Shown here: positions 61,723 through 64,000 of the stretch, piece after piece | Layout: each line of letters starts with the position of its first letter | Position numbering within the stretch: position 1 is the stretch's first letter | NCBI GenBank assembly: GCA_018262095.1 | Contig: JAGTRW010000012.1 | Location: 82,436 to 146,435, forward strand | Source: Pseudomonadota bacterium | GTDB lineage: Bacteria > Pseudomonadota > Gammaproteobacteria > Burkholderiales > Rhodocyclaceae | Direction of reading: 5' to 3' | DNA: 64,000 nucleotides | Position numbers and translations under genes: made by a program | Notes under the pieces: generated by a model | What the model saw: the letters and a program-made list of their open reading frames with translations, nothing else | Databases searched by the model: none | What the model was told of the DNA's origin: nothing

Positions 61723-63240
61723 ATGAAAAACCATCGACCCGGGCTTGAGCAAATTGCTGCGATCGCGCCGGCCATTTTTCAGCAGGCCGTCGAGCAGGCT
61801 GATTTGGCGATTTCGATCACCGACGCCAGGGCCAACATCCTCTACGTCAATCCGGCGTTCACGCGAACCACCGGCTACTCGCCCGACGAACTGATCGGCG
61901 CCAACCAGTCGCTGCTCTCCAACAAGTGCACGCCGAGCGCGCTGTATGAAGAAATGTGGGCGCTGATTTCGCGCGGACTGCCGTGGAGCGGGCGCCTCAT
62001 CAACCGCCGCAAGGACGGCAGCAAGTATCTCGCCGACCTGCTGATCACGCCGGTCGTCGACGCGCAAGGCGAGGTCGCGAGCTACCTCGGCATCCAGCGC
62101 GACGTCACTCAGCTGCACTGGCTCGAATGCGAAGTCGCCGACCAGAAGGCGCTGATCGAGTCGGTGGTCGACTCGACGCCGGTGGTCATCGCGCTGCTCG
62201 ACGGTGCGGGCAAGGTCGTCCTCGACAATCACGAGTACAAGAAGCTGATGGGCGACCTGCGCATGGTCGAACCGGCGACGCTGATCCTCGACACCGTTCG
62301 TGCCGACCAGGGCGTCAGCGAGCTGGCGCCGCAGGATGGCCGGCCGGCCTTCAGCGATCACGAGATCCGCCTCGATTCGCCGAGCGGGCCGCGCTGGTTC
62401 TCGTGTTCGGGAATCTGGGTGCAGCGCAAGGACAGCACTGCCGACGCCTTCTTCACCCGGCGCAACGATCTTTATCTGCTGCTGGTGGCCAAGGAAACGA
62501 CGCGCCAGCGCGCCGAGCAGGAAAAAACGCGGATGGCCTTGTTGCAGGCGATGATGGCCGAGGAGACGCACATCGAGAGCCTGCGCGAGACGCTCTCGGC
62601 GGCGGTCTTCAAGGTCGAAGGACCGATCAACCTGATGGCCTCGGTGCTGGCAACGCTCGAACGGCGCGGCGGTAGTCCGGCCGGTCCGGCCTTGATGGAC
62701 GTGCTCAGCGCCGGCAAGGAGGCGGTCGACAGCCTGCGCAGCGCGATCCCCGAACACCGGCAGGAAGCGCTGGCCCGGGTCAACCTCAACGAAGTGCTGC
62801 GCGACGTTCTCGATCTTTGTACGACGCGAATGCTGGCGACCGGAATTTCGGTGCTGTGGCGGCCGCAGGCCGTTCTGCCGCCGGTCAATGCCTATCCGAA
62901 CCGGCTGCGCGCGATGTTCAAGGCGCTCGTCGACAACGCCATCGACGCCATGAACAGCAAGGGCTGGCGCGAACGCGAACTGCGCGTGGGAACGCGCAGC
63001 GACGACGGCAGCGTCGCGGTCGTCATCGAGGATTCGGGCCCCGGCGTTCCCAGCGACTTGCGGCTCAAGATTTTCGAGCCCTTCTTTTCGACGCGCAAAG
63101 CCGACGGCCGCCATCTCGGCACCGGCCTTTCGTCGGCGCAGCAGGTCGCCGCCGATCACGACGGGACGATCGAATTCGATTCGACCGAGCGCGGCGGTTG
63201 CCGCGTCCGCGTCTGCCTGCCGTCGCAGCGCAAGGGATGA
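61723..63240 (+). CDS. nifL: Nitrogen fixation negative regulator NifL
   Basis: FQQAVEQADLAISITD PAS1, LDNHEYKKL PAS2, GHKL domain; directly upstream of nifA. Confidence 0.94.
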   Translation: MKNHRPGLEQIAAIAPAIFQQAVEQADLAISITDARANILYVNPAFTRTTGYSPDELIGANQSLLSNKCTPSALYEEMWALISRGLPWSGRLINRRKDGSKYLADLLITPVVDAQGEVASYLGIQRDVTQLHWLECEVADQKALIESVVDSTPVVIALLDGAGKVVLDNHEYKKLMGDLRMVEPATLILDTVRADQGVSELAPQDGRPAFSDHEIRLDSPSGPRWFSCSGIWVQRKDSTADAFFTRRNDLYLLLVAKETTRQRAEQEKTRMALLQAMMAEETHIESLRETLSAAVFKVEGPINLMASVLATLERRGGSPAGPALMDVLSAGKEAVDSLRSAIPEHRQEALARVNLNEVLRDVLDLCTTRMLATGISVLWRPQAVLPPVNAYPNRLRAMFKALVDNAIDAMNSKGWRERELRVGTRSDDGSVAVVIEDSGPGVPSDLRLKIFEPFFSTRKADGRHLGTGLSSAQQVAADHDGTIEFDSTERGGCRVRVCLPSQRKG

Positions 63241-63244
63241 ATTG

Positions 63245-64000
<756 letters not shown>

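Overview
High-GC betaproteobacterial chromosome segment; a Rhodocyclales-like diazotroph is inferred from gene content. Housekeeping genes (lolC/E-lolD, comEC, hslO, tex, serine dehydratase) are interleaved with many signalling cassettes: 2 MCP-type receptors, 3 histidine kinases, 3 HD-GYP proteins, 2 GGDEF proteins and an HDOD protein. These are followed by a TRAP + DUF1445 + pxpBCA catabolic cluster and the edge of a nitrogen-fixation island: nifVWZM, a convergent rnfABCDGEH operon, and divergent nifL-nifA (nifA runs off the window end). Sigma-54 promoters and NifA TGT-N10-ACA sites are recognisable. No rRNA, tRNA, CRISPR array, transposase or integrase was seen. The most notable signals are: (i) three copies of a ~140-200 bp imperfect-palindrome element built from 9-nt units, two carrying the same nested 27-nt hairpin insert and one sitting inside the rnf operon; (ii) a decayed in-frame duplicate of a gene's last ~56 codons that brackets a two-component cassette; (iii) a chemoreceptor whose signalling hairpin is cleanly missing; (iv) a REC-HD-GYP regulator with an in-frame internal deletion. 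All alignments and counts were done by hand. Start codons were often moved from the ORF track to the likely biological start.
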